From a virus, in the IMG/VR virus record IMGVR_UViG_3300045988_059686, positions 1 to 43,283 of that record: a DNA stretch of 43,283 bases. One strand, written 5' to 3'. Each line of letters starts with the position of its first letter. Within the stretch, counting starts at the first letter, position 1. This document shows, in pieces, positions 18,104-26,619 of the stretch. Below the pieces are notes generated by a model that was not told the origin of the DNA, made no database searches, and worked only from the letters and a program-made list of their open reading frames with translations. The position numbers and the translations under genes are program-made.

Positions 18104-19259
18104 TTTGGTCTCCCATCAAATCATCTATGTGCATTTGCACCGCCTGTTCCGGCACATCTTCCCAGCCGATGCCGATATAGTCCAGAACACGCCCCCATCC
18201 GTACCAGTTACCGTTTTCATCGCGGCAGACGTGCTTCATCCAGAACTCCCACTCTTTGGGGTTCGTCTCGCGAAGAACGTCAAACCGGTGCGGTCTGCCC
18301 TCTATGTGGATGCCAAAACCGCACATAGTACAGCCGGTACGCTGTGCCTTTGTGGTGTATAGCTTGCCGTCTCTGTCTTTTGCGATTTCGCCGTATTCGG
18401 CAGGCACGGGCACATCAAGGTCAAGTGCAAGCTGCAAGACGTCTTGTCGGTCAAATATGGCAAAGGGCGCGCTGCGTGTGGTGGTCTTGCCGAAATAGTT
18501 GCAGCCGTGCATCTTCAGGCTTTTCTCTCGCCGTCCACCCTCGCTTGCCATAAGTCCCATGTAAGGCACGCTGTTATGGTCTCTTGCCCAGTCGTTGCAC
18601 GGCTTTTCCTTGAGGTAGTAGCAGCAACGGTCTGACACCTTGAACGGTGCAGCTTGGTATCCAAGCGCTGCGCCCTCTGCATCTGCGCCGCCAAAAAGGT
18701 CAAGCCACTTCTGCGGCAGTTTCATTCGGCTGTTTTTCTGCCAACCGCCGTATTCGCCGGTCTCGCCGGTAATGATTGCGTGCCGAACGGTTGCGTTTTG
18801 CTCTGTCGGGTTTTGCAGCAGCATGATCTTGCCTGCCTTTTCCTTGCTGATCACGGGCCAGCCAAACTCCTGTAAGACCTGCACCTTGCTTTTCAGCGGC
18901 TTCAGGAACACGAAGGACGGCGCTTCACCATCGCCCATCCAGTTTTGGTATTCGGATGCCATCTCCGCTGCAATCTGCTTATGCACCTGCTGTACGCCCT
19001 TGCCCTCCAGAGAAGAGCAGGACACGCAGGTGACAGGCAGCCCGATGCTCTCCAAAAAGTAATGCAGCGTGATGGAATCCAGACCGCCCACCGAAAGATA
19101 CACGCCCTTGTCGTTCTCCTTAGCCCAGCAATAGAACGCCTCTGCCATCTCCTGTGCGTGCGCAACCTTGCGCTTGTAGTCCCACTTCTGCATCGTCTGA
19201 AAACGCTCGATGTTCGCCAAAGAGCCGTTTTCAGCCATAATTTCCTGTACAGTTCTCAT
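18081..19259 (-). CDS. PAPS-reductase / PP-loop ATP-pyrophosphatase family protein (IbrA/DndC-like)
   Basis: PP-loop motif SVGGLDS near the N-terminus, 392 aa, with a Cys-rich C-terminal half. Confidence 0.7.
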   Translation of the reverse strand: MRTVQEIMAENGSLANIERFQTMQKWDYKRKVAHAQEMAEAFYCWAKENDKGVYLSVGGLDSITLHYFLESIGLPVTCVSCSSLEGKGVQQVHKQIAAEMASEYQNWMGDGEAPSFVFLKPLKSKVQVLQEFGWPVISKEKAGKIMLLQNPTEQNATVRHAIITGETGEYGGWQKNSRMKLPQKWLDLFGGADAEGAALGYQAAPFKVSDRCCYYLKEKPCNDWARDHNSVPYMGLMASEGGRREKSLKMHGCNYFGKTTTRSAPFAIFDRQDVLQLALDLDVPVPAEYGEIAKDRDGKLYTTKAQRTGCTMCGFGIHIEGRPHRFDVLRETNPKEWEFWMKHVCRDENGNWYGWGRVLDYIGIGWEDVPEQAVQMHIDDLMGDQNAPDPLR

Positions 19260-19471
19260 TTGTCTCCTCCGTTTTTACCCAAATACTTTTTCTTGCCACG
19301 TTCCCGGTGCTTGTCCTCGTAGTCGTAGCGGTAGACCCTGCCGTATACCATCATCTGCCGGTTATAGTCCGTCTCTTTGGCGTGCTCTTTGCGCCAAGCT
19401 GCAAACTGTGGGCAGCTGTCGTGACACGCCGGATACCGGGCAGGGCAGTCTTTGCAGCATGGATTTGTCAA
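19256..19471 (-). CDS. Small Cys-rich hypothetical protein
   Basis: 71 aa, CCKDCPARYPACHDSCP, overlapping both neighbouring genes. Confidence 0.5.
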   Translation of the reverse strand: MTNPCCKDCPARYPACHDSCPQFAAWRKEHAKETDYNRQMMVYGRVYRYDYEDKHRERGKKKYLGKNGGDK

Positions 19472-20316
19472 GGGTCATCTGCCCCTTTCTTGTTTTTCCG
19501 CAGGCGTTCCCGGCTGCGTGCCATGCGCTCCGGGCTTAAAATATCGTTGCCGGATGGCTGTGATCTGTCTACGCGTGTGCCTTTTGCCCGGCTCCCGCCG
19601 ATAGGGCAGAGCTGGTTATACTCCGCAACGGTCTTGCAGTTAAGTCCTTCCGCTTCTTCCAATGCCTTGCGGACATACGCCCAGCTGCCGCCGCCCAGAT
19701 CCACACACTTGTTCATGACCGCGCACACAAGATCTGCGCCCATGCGCTCTATGTAGCCGGTCAGCTCTTTTTCTCCGGTCTTGCTCAGCTTGCTGACATT
19801 CTCCCGAAAAAAATCCACTAGAGATTTCGTCGTCCTCGTCCCTGTATAGGAGGAGTCATCTTTAGATGACGACGACTTATCTATATCTAATATCTTATCT
19901 CTAATATCTGTATGGACATTTTTGTGGACGTCTGTGTGGACATCCTGTGGACATTGTCCACAGTGTTCTGCATCAATTTGACGCTGGTTCGTTCTTTGCA
20001 ACTTTTTTTGCGCTGCATAATCTGTCTCACTTCCGACCATTTCCGAGTGGTTTGCAAGCACCAGCGTGCCGTCTTTTTCCTGATAAATCAGCCCAAGTTT
20101 CGCGTAAAGTCCCAGCGCGACGCGCACCGTATCGTTAGAAAACCACTTAGTATCGCGCTGAATCTTGTCCACGTCATACGGAATGATCACTTCACCAATC
20201 TGGCGCGAAAGCCTTCCGTTGGTGTTGATAGTCATAAGGCAGAGCATCTGGTAGAGCACCACATAGTTTGCGCCGTTTTTCTGCCCCATGAGAAAATCCA
20301 CCGCGTCAGACCGCAT
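19468..20316 (-). CDS. Phage replisome organizer (N-terminal organizer domain plus DnaD-like C-terminal domain)
   Basis: The N-terminus FLMGQKNGANYVVLYQMLCLMTINTNGRL is typical of replisome organizers. The C-terminus has a DnaD-type repeat. Confidence 0.8.
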   Translation of the reverse strand: MRSDAVDFLMGQKNGANYVVLYQMLCLMTINTNGRLSRQIGEVIIPYDVDKIQRDTKWFSNDTVRVALGLYAKLGLIYQEKDGTLVLANHSEMVGSETDYAAQKKLQRTNQRQIDAEHCGQCPQDVHTDVHKNVHTDIRDKILDIDKSSSSKDDSSYTGTRTTKSLVDFFRENVSKLSKTGEKELTGYIERMGADLVCAVMNKCVDLGGGSWAYVRKALEEAEGLNCKTVAEYNQLCPIGGSRAKGTRVDRSQPSGNDILSPERMARSRERLRKNKKGADDP

Positions 20317-20422
20317 GAAGCTGTCCTTGAGCTTTATCCAGTAGTATCTTTTTCCTGTAGCCGTATGTATTCACCTCCTTCCGCGCGCCCGTATAGCCAG
20401 ATAGCGCAGCTCTTGAGATGTT

Positions 20423-21328
20423 TCAGTCTTTGCTTACGTCAATCCCCGTAATTTCCTTGAAAATCGCCGCATCGAAGTTCGGCAAACTGAGGATAACGTT
20501 TCGATCATCGGCACTAAGCCCCGCCCACCACTTCCGGGCGTTGTCCGCTGTTGTGCGCTCCTTCAGATAACCGCCAGTCGTTTCAGCTTCAGGGTGCGCC
20601 GCCTTTTCTTCATCGGTCATACTGTCGAACCAGACGTATTCAAGCGGGCAATCGTCAATCTTATTCAGCAGATAGCGGGCGCGGCAGTTAAGCCAATGCT
20701 CAAGCGTCCAGTCAGTGGGCTTGTTGAACATATAGATTTTGGGAGATGCCGTATTGAAACAGCCATTGGAAAAGGATGTTTTGTTCCAGTCGCCGCTGTT
20801 GCAGTTGCCGCTGTTCCAGTCGCCGCTGTTCCAGTCGCCGCTGTTCCGGTTGCCGCTGTTCCGGTCGCCGCTGTTCCGGTCGCCGCTGTTCCGGTTGCCG
20901 CTGTTGCAGTTGCCGCTGTTCCGGTTGCCGCTGTTGCAGTTGCCGCTGTTCCAGTCGCCGCTGTTCCGGTCGCCGCTGTTCCGGTTGCCGCTGTTCCGGT
21001 CGCCGCTGTTGCAACGTCCAGTGCAAGCCCTTCCCGTGTTCACGATCTCAAGGACTTCAGCCCAAGGGATTTCCCGCACGATTTCCAACTTGTTCGTTGC
21101 ACACTTATCCTCACCCTCTGCAACCGTACCGTGGGCAATCACTTCAGCAACGTGGTTATTCGGGTCAAAATCATAGTAACGGAAACAGTCAGCGGCATTC
21201 TTACAGAAGTGCATCCCCACATTGCAGACAGACGGGTTTACATCCTCTTCAAAATTGCCGGGGCAAGTATACTGTTTGCCCTTACACGTCCAATCAGGGT
21301 TAAAAACCTTATAGCCTTTCACGCTCAT
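20423..21328 (-). CDS. Pentapeptide-like repeat protein with a Cys-rich N-terminal domain (KGYKVFNPDWTC...)
   Basis: About 16 consecutive 5-aa units [RWC]NSG[DN] at aa 104..182, encoded by 15-bp tandem DNA repeats. Confidence 0.65.
   Translation of the reverse strand: MSVKGYKVFNPDWTCKGKQYTCPGNFEEDVNPSVCNVGMHFCKNAADCFRYYDFDPNNHVAEVIAHGTVAEGEDKCATNKLEIVREIPWAEVLEIVNTGRACTGRCNSGDRNSGNRNSGDRNSGDWNSGNCNSGNRNSGNCNSGNRNSGDRNSGDRNSGNRNSGDWNSGDWNSGNCNSGDWNKTSFSNGCFNTASPKIYMFNKPTDWTLEHWLNCRARYLLNKIDDCPLEYVWFDSMTDEEKAAHPEAETTGGYLKERTTADNARKWWAGLSADDRNVILSLPNFDAAIFKEITGIDVSKD
20783..21019 (-). repeat. Tandem 15-bp coding repeats (ccgctgttccRgtYg variants)
   Basis: Direct reading. They lie in frame inside ORF 20423..21328. 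Confidence 0.9.
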
Positions 21329-21342
21329 TTTTATCTCCTCCT

Positions 21343-21816
21343 TCAGAACGGCAGGTCGTCGGTATCGGATATCGCGGCAAAGTCATCCATGCTTCCCTGC
21401 GTGTAGGCGGGCTGCGGAGCGTTCTGCGCGGCTTTTGCCTGTTGTATATGGCTGGTAGTCTGCTGCTCGTAGGACGCGGCAGCGGGCTTGTCTGCCGCCT
21501 TAGCGCCTGCAAAGCTGATATTGTTTGCCACAACCTCCACAGCGGTGCGGTTGTTGCCGTTCTTGTCCTGATAATTCCGGGTCTGCAAGCTACCCTCAAC
21601 GGCGATCAGGCTTCCCTTCTGGAAGAACTTGCAGATAAATTCTGCGGTCTTGCCCCATGCCACGATATCCACAAAATCAGCCTGACGCTGCCGGCCCTTC
21701 GGGGTATAGCTGCGCTCGCAGGCAATGCGGAATGTGCACACGTTGGTGCCCTGCTGGGTGGTGCGGAGTTCCGGGTCTGCCACAAGGCGTCCCATGATTG
21801 CTACAATGTTAAGCAT
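21343..21816 (-). CDS. ssb: Single-stranded DNA-binding protein
   Basis: OB-fold N-terminus MLNIVAIMGRLVADPELRTTQQGTNVCTFRIA and acidic tip DTDDLPF. Start trimmed to ATG 21816. Confidence 0.9.
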   Translation of the reverse strand: MLNIVAIMGRLVADPELRTTQQGTNVCTFRIACERSYTPKGRQRQADFVDIVAWGKTAEFICKFFQKGSLIAVEGSLQTRNYQDKNGNNRTAVEVVANNISFAGAKAADKPAAASYEQQTTSHIQQAKAAQNAPQPAYTQGSMDDFAAISDTDDLPF

Positions 21817-22501
21817 GGTTCGGTTCCTCCTCTGCACTGTCGCCAGCGCCAGCCTCGTAGTCAATGTTTGCGCCCATGAGCACCTCCGGGCATTCAGCAC
21901 GGGCAAAGTAGGCTGCTGCACGGTACTTGAGCATCATCTCGGTCATCTTCGGCCAGTAGCTGCCGTTTTTATTCCACCAGCCTGCATCCTTTGCCATCTG
22001 CACCGTGACCTTCGGTCCTTCTACCTTTTCGCCGGTCAGCTTGTCCACTGCGATCAGGCGGCAGCCCCATGTGTCCGTGCCCTCTTGACCTTCCATGCGA
22101 TAACGAGAACGCCCTGCAAACTGTCCGCTGTTGTCGATAAGCGCTTTGCAGCTTTTGCCGCTCCAAGTGGGCTGACCGTAAACAACGTAAAGGTTCTGCA
22201 TCACGAACAACTCGGTGGTTCCCATTCGCTGTGCCATGTCGCAGGCAATGGCGCAAGCACCAACGTTGCCCGCGTAAGTCTTGGGCAACCAGCCGTCCGG
22301 CAGATTGGACAGCGCAACAGCCTTGGACTTTGCCAGCTGCCAGATCCGTTCGTCTGCGGTCAAGCCCTGCACTTTCTCAGCGTAGGAAAGGGCGCGATGT
22401 GCGGGTGCGGCAGGGGGATTGACAGGAGTAATGGTTTCGGCGGGCGCTTCGGGCTTCTGAAGCTGCTCAACAGGGGTCTTTTCGATTTTGGTCTCAGGCA
22501 T
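21809..22501 (-). CDS. recT: RecT-family single-strand annealing recombinase
   Basis: 230 aa. The core ACAIACDMAQRMG...QNLYVVYGQPTWSGK...MLKYRAAAYFAR is typical of RecT. Confidence 0.8.
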   Translation of the reverse strand: MPETKIEKTPVEQLQKPEAPAETITPVNPPAAPAHRALSYAEKVQGLTADERIWQLAKSKAVALSNLPDGWLPKTYAGNVGACAIACDMAQRMGTTELFVMQNLYVVYGQPTWSGKSCKALIDNSGQFAGRSRYRMEGQEGTDTWGCRLIAVDKLTGEKVEGPKVTVQMAKDAGWWNKNGSYWPKMTEMMLKYRAAAYFARAECPEVLMGANIDYEAGAGDSAEEEPNHA

Positions 22502-23120
22502 GATGGATCTCCTCCTCAGTGTATTTTACATCGATGATATGTGCATAACGCTTGATTGCGTCAAGCTCTGACTTTGTGCACCGGAATACGATTTTCCGGT
22601 CTCGCTGCTCTTCTTTGCGGACAAACTGGTCAAAAAATGGGTCGTCATACTCATCTGGGATTGCGACATTGTACGCAACGCTCGGCTTTATGAGGTTGAT
22701 CTGCGTCGGGTTTTGCTGCACGCCCTTGTAATTGTCCGGCAGGCCATTGATGACTGCTTCCCGCAACAGGGTGCGGTACTCAATCATGTAACAAAAATCT
22801 ATGCTTTCATACGGTTCAGGCATGATCTCTGCACCGCCTGCGGCGTGGATGATGTCAATATCGCACATCATGCTGCCCACCTTGCGATAGATGCGGTCTA
22901 TGACCTCGCGGCTCGCGGTGTCATCCATACTGCCGTTCTGTGCAAAATGCGTGAAATATGCCACTGCTCCGTTGATTGAGCTGGCAAGTTCATTGCCGGC
23001 ACTGATAAGCCTGAACAGCATATTCTGCGGCTTGATGTAGTAATAGATACCCTCTGCCTTGTTGGAAAGTTCCTTAATACTGGCACGCCTTGCAAGGCGC
23101 TTTTGTGAATCGCTTTGCAT
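22494..23120 (-). CDS. Hypothetical protein (in the position of a RecT partner, with no recognisable nuclease motif)
   Basis: 208-aa ORF overlapping the recT start. Confidence 0.5.
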   Translation of the reverse strand: MQSDSQKRLARRASIKELSNKAEGIYYYIKPQNMLFRLISAGNELASSINGAVAYFTHFAQNGSMDDTASREVIDRIYRKVGSMMCDIDIIHAAGGAEIMPEPYESIDFCYMIEYRTLLREAVINGLPDNYKGVQQNPTQINLIKPSVAYNVAIPDEYDDPFFDQFVRKEEQRDRKIVFRCTKSELDAIKRYAHIIDVKYTEEEIHHA

Positions 23121-23126
23121 AAAAAT

Positions 23127-23303
23127 TCACCTCATATAAACAACATTCATGCTGGAATCAAATACCTTGTACAGATAGGCGGGCTCTCGCTTCACAAGTT
23201 CGTCTGTAATGATGATCGCATCCGAAACGTCTGCGATATTCTGCAATGAAACAAGGTCATCCGGCTGCTTTTTGGTCAGATCATAGACCTTTAAAAGTGC
23301 CAT
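23127..23303 (-). CDS. Small hypothetical protein
   Basis: Start trimmed to ATG 23303 with RBS AGGAGGTG. Confidence 0.5.
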   Translation of the reverse strand: MALLKVYDLTKKQPDDLVSLQNIADVSDAIIITDELVKREPAYLYKVFDSSMNVVYMR

Positions 23304-23384
23304 GTGCTCACCTCCTGTTGTTGTGGCGCCAGCCAAGGGCGATGTACCCAAGGTTTGCGCACAGAACGATAAAAATTAAGGTTT

Positions 23385-23756
23385 TCACGTTTTACCTCCT
23401 TGCGGTTTGCCGCACGTTGTGGTATTTTTGTGGTGATGGGGCTCAACCATCAACCTTTCTCTTTGACCCGCTGGTACTGGTAATACCGGCGGGTTTTTGC
23501 TTGCTTTTGCCCGCCCTCTTGTGGCTGGCGGCGGCAGACTGTCCACCTCATCGCGCTTTATGACTTCTTGAAAAAATGAATACTTGTGCGGCTTTCCTTT
23601 TTTACTGCGGCAATGATAAACCGAGGATGCAAAACTGTTTGCACTTTTATACCCGAGCCGCCGGGCGCACATATCAGATGTGCCGGATGCAAGCAGATTT
23701 CCGTTTTTTGCATCATACACGGTGTACCACATCACATAATGGTAGTAGTCAGCCAT
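23385..23756 (-). CDS. Hypothetical protein
   Basis: ORF starting at ATG 23756 (MADYYHYVMWYTVYD...). Confidence 0.45.
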   Translation of the reverse strand: MADYYHYVMWYTVYDAKNGNLLASGTSDMCARRLGYKSANSFASSVYHCRSKKGKPHKYSFFQEVIKRDEVDSLPPPATRGRAKASKNPPVLPVPAGQRERLMVEPHHHKNTTTCGKPQGGKT

Positions 23757-23943
23757 TGTGTACGTCCTCCGCGTTCTCAAGCGCCTGCTGCAAGTCCTCT
23801 ACCATGATGGCGTAATCGTCAGACATGGCTTGCCACATCTCGCTTTGAAACTGATAGTAAGCGTTGTCGGCGCGCAGTTTGTGGCGGCGCTGCAGCTTCT
23901 GGTACTGCGTAATAAGCGCCTGAATGTGCTCTTCCAGCGTCAT
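23749..23943 (-). CDS. Small helical hypothetical protein
   Basis: 64-aa ORF overlapping the next gene. Confidence 0.45.
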   Translation of the reverse strand: MTLEEHIQALITQYQKLQRRHKLRADNAYYQFQSEMWQAMSDDYAIMVEDLQQALENAEDVHNG

Positions 23944-23944
23944 G

Positions 23945-24250
23945 TTACCCAGCCTTTCTGTGGTTTGCAGGCTTGACGGTGTGCTCAGGCTGCTTGTGCA
24001 CCTTGCTACAGCGCTTGTACTGCTGGTTCTCTCGGTGCAGTTCGTACAGGCTCAAGGCAAGCCCTGCAGCCGTGCAAAGCACAGCCCACAGCACCAGCGG
24101 GGCGCGGGCAGCGGCAGCGCCGTAGGCGTATCCGCCCCAGACCATCAGCAGCAGGGTGATGCCAGCCTCAAGCAGATCCAGTGCTTTCATGCCCAGCAGA
24201 AAACCGCACGCCGCGAAACCGGCAATCGTGATAGTGTTCAGTCGTTTCAT
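23945..24250 (-). CDS. Small membrane protein (three predicted TM helices)
   Basis: Start trimmed to ATG 24250 (ATGA overlap). The sequence has hydrophobic stretches. Confidence 0.5.
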   Translation of the reverse strand: MKRLNTITIAGFAACGFLLGMKALDLLEAGITLLLMVWGGYAYGAAAARAPLVLWAVLCTAAGLALSLYELHRENQQYKRCSKVHKQPEHTVKPANHRKAG

Positions 24251-24468
24251 ATTCCGTATACCACCTTTAATTTGTAGAAATCCTTCAGCCACGCCACAAA
24301 CCCGGCGCGGGAGATCAGCGGCGCGGCGGTCTTTGTGTCCACAGAGGGAACAGACCACCCTGGAAACATCCCCGCTTGAATCATGGCCATAAGTGTGGGT
24401 TCACCTACAGATATCTGGTTTGCCCGCATGACCTCGCAGCAGTCGTGAATGCTCATTGTGGGACGCAT
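24247..24468 (-). CDS. Small HTH / excisionase-like DNA-binding protein
   Basis: Start at ATG 24468 with RBS AGAGGAGG. Sequence: MRPTMSIHDCCEVMRANQISVGEPTLMAMIQAG. Confidence 0.45.
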   Translation of the reverse strand: MRPTMSIHDCCEVMRANQISVGEPTLMAMIQAGMFPGWSVPSVDTKTAAPLISRAGFVAWLKDFYKLKVVYGI

Positions 24469-24499
24469 GGTGCATCCTCCTCTCTTTTTAATAAAATGT

Positions 24500-24949
24500 C
24501 TCCTCTTTGCTGTGCCATTGCTTTGCTGCGCTTGCTCCGCACGTCGTTTCCTTCGCAAATCACATCAGCGCTTTTCTCTGCCATTCCTTCGCCTTGCTGC
24601 GCTGTGCTTCTCGGTGCCTTTGCTACGCGTATCGCGGCCCAGCCTTTCCATTGCCACTCCTAGCGTGTCACAGCTCCTCAGTGCCGCCGCATTGCTTCGC
24701 CAAGCTTCGCTTTGCCATTGCTATTCGTCGCTTTTCTGTTCACTGCTCTGCCACTGCACAGCAGTTCACCTCATAGCCTTTGCTTTGCACCGCCGTGCCT
24801 TGCCTTTGCCGGGCTGCGCAACGCTGAGCCATCGCACGGCCAATCGAACTCAGCCTTGCCACTGCAACGCACTGCCACGCTCTGCCTCCGCGAATCAGGG
24901 CCGTCAATGCCATGCCGTTACCTTGCTATGCACCGCCATGCCCTTGCTC
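24500..24949. repeat. Non-coding repeat-rich region: 12 or more CYTTGC units and 8 or more TGCCAY units on the + strand
   Basis: No ORF of 60 aa or more on the coding (minus) strand across roughly 24559..24949 in an otherwise gap-free operon. Motifs counted by eye. Confidence 0.6.
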
Positions 24950-25582
24950 TCAGGTCTTCACCTCATAGGCAGTGTAGGTAAAGCGGCCCTTTCCGCTGTT
25001 GCGCCACTGGCCGATGCCGCGCAGAATGCCATAATCCAGCCACTCACGCACAACCTTTTCGTGGCTGTCGTCAAGAAGGATTACGTCAAACTCGCATGTG
25101 CTTCCCGCCGGGATTTCCTCACTGTTGACAAGGCTCACGCGCTCGCCCTGTGCGGTCTGAGCACGCAGCGGACGCTGGCAGTCGCGGATCTCTCCGTTTG
25201 TCAGAATCGGAATCATGCGGGGCTGAATGAAGATCAGGCCGTCAATGACCTTCTTGTAAGCAGTCAGCTTGCCGCTTTCGTTCACGGCCTTCTTCTTGCC
25301 AGTCTCGGTCTTGCCGCCGATGCGGGAAAGCATGCCGCAAGCATCCTTAAACATGCCTTTGATCTGGTAATCGTAAAAAATCGGATTGCCGTCCGGGTCA
25401 CGCGGGAAAACGGTCATGCCCTTGTCAGCTACCGCATCAGGGCCAAGAGCCGCCACTTCATCCTCGATGGTTGCAGCATCCGGCGACTTGCTGGCGATAA
25501 ACTCGCGGGCCACATTGGGGTTTGCGGGCCATGTGCCAAGCACCGGCTCAATAAACGTAGCTTTCACATGCAGTTTTTTCAT
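24950..25582 (-). CDS. Hypothetical early protein with a Gly-rich C-terminal motif (GIGQWRNSGKGRF)
   Basis: 210 aa after trimming to ATG 25582 (RBS GGAGGT). Confidence 0.55.
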   Translation of the reverse strand: MKKLHVKATFIEPVLGTWPANPNVAREFIASKSPDAATIEDEVAALGPDAVADKGMTVFPRDPDGNPIFYDYQIKGMFKDACGMLSRIGGKTETGKKKAVNESGKLTAYKKVIDGLIFIQPRMIPILTNGEIRDCQRPLRAQTAQGERVSLVNSEEIPAGSTCEFDVILLDDSHEKVVREWLDYGILRGIGQWRNSGKGRFTYTAYEVKT

Positions 25583-25627
25583 AGTAACCTCCAAAATAAG
25601 TTTGTATTCTTACGCCACGCCGTGGTT

Positions 25628-26353
25628 TTACCGCTTCAAAAACAGGTTCACAAAGTAGATCTGACCTTTGCCAGTCACCTTGGGGGTCTTGTTGATGCTG
25701 GTATGCCCATCGGAGTGCACCACGGTGGTCTCCTTGATCTCAAACAGACCCTGCTCCACGGCGCGCTGCGTTGGCATATTGTAGTCGCTGCGCTTTGGGT
25801 CTCTGATGAGGTATCCGTGCTCCCGCATCCAGACAAACAGCCGATTCTGCCCGATCTGCACGCTGTTCTGGCACAGCAGCTTTGCAAGTTCACCCACAAG
25901 GATGCTCTTCTTGCTGGCGTTTACCGCGTCTGCAAAGATGCCCTTGGGCGTAAGTTCCGCGATCTGCCGGTCTTTGTGCTCCAGTTCATCGTGGGCGGCA
26001 ATCAGAGCCTGCGCCATCAGTTCAGCCCGGGAAAGCTGCGGGCGCTGCGCCAGCTGCTTCTCCATCTCATTAAATGCCGCAATGTACTTCAACTTCCATT
26101 CCAGCGCTGCCTTGCCGGTAAAGCCCATGGCCAGCAGCGAAAAGCCGTCCCGGTTCATCAGGTACTCCGGGAACTTCTGACCGCGATACTCGAACGTGGT
26201 CTCGTGGAAGAATTTAGTAGCCGAATTTTCGGCCACTAAAATCTGCCGAATGGCTGCGAGAACGTGCTTGTGTTCCTTGCCGAAACTCTCGGCAATCTGG
26301 CGGCTGGATGCTACCGGCTCGCCGTTCTGGGTGGATAAGATGATGTCTGCCAT
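25628..26353 (-). CDS. Antirepressor (Rha-family N-terminal domain plus KilAC-type C-terminal domain)
   Basis: The N-terminus VASSRQIAESFGKEHKHVLAAIR...FEYRGQKFPEYLMNRDGFSLLAMGF is Rha-like. The C-terminus SILVGELAKLL...QNRLFVWMREHGYL is KilAC-like. RBS AAAGGAGG. Confidence 0.8.
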   Translation of the reverse strand: MADIILSTQNGEPVASSRQIAESFGKEHKHVLAAIRQILVAENSATKFFHETTFEYRGQKFPEYLMNRDGFSLLAMGFTGKAALEWKLKYIAAFNEMEKQLAQRPQLSRAELMAQALIAAHDELEHKDRQIAELTPKGIFADAVNASKKSILVGELAKLLCQNSVQIGQNRLFVWMREHGYLIRDPKRSDYNMPTQRAVEQGLFEIKETTVVHSDGHTSINKTPKVTGKGQIYFVNLFLKR

Positions 26354-26553
26354 ATTTTTTTGTCCTCCTTTTCCTTAATCAGTTCGCTGACTGCGGCTTC
26401 CATCTTTTCCCGGATGCCGTGCGGCTTGCGCTTGCTGTTCAGGATCATGGAGCAATAGCTCTTTGTCCATCCCAGACGTTCTGCAAGCTGTTCCAGCGTG
26501 ACTTCGTTGTTGTGCATTTTGCCGATCAATCGACCAGTCCACGGTTCAGGCAC
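26311..26553 (-). CDS. Cro-like small HTH regulator (first gene of the early leftward operon)
   Basis: GTG 26553 with RBS GGGAGGTG. HTH: VTLEQLAERLGWTKSYCSMILNSKRKP. Confidence 0.6.
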   Translation of the reverse strand: MPEPWTGRLIGKMHNNEVTLEQLAERLGWTKSYCSMILNSKRKPHGIREKMEAAVSELIKEKEDKKIWQTSSYPPRTASR

Positions 26554-26583
26554 TCTTTCACCTCCCTGTTTGTAGTTAATAAA

Positions 26584-26612
26584 TTGACAACGGCGCACCG
26601 ATTTGCTATACT
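26584..26612 (+). promoter_or_regulatory. Near-consensus sigma-70-type promoter (TTGACA, 17-nt spacer, TATACT)
   Basis: Read directly: -35 at 26584..26589, -10 at 26607..26612. Confidence 0.65.
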
Positions 26613-26619
26613 GTTTTAC

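Noticed and set aside
20783-21019. A regular 15-bp tandem repeat array that could look like a CRISPR or other non-coding satellite
   Set aside because: The units are contiguous with no spacers. They lie in frame inside ORF 20423..21328 and translate to a perfect 5-aa repeat, so this is a coding repeat.
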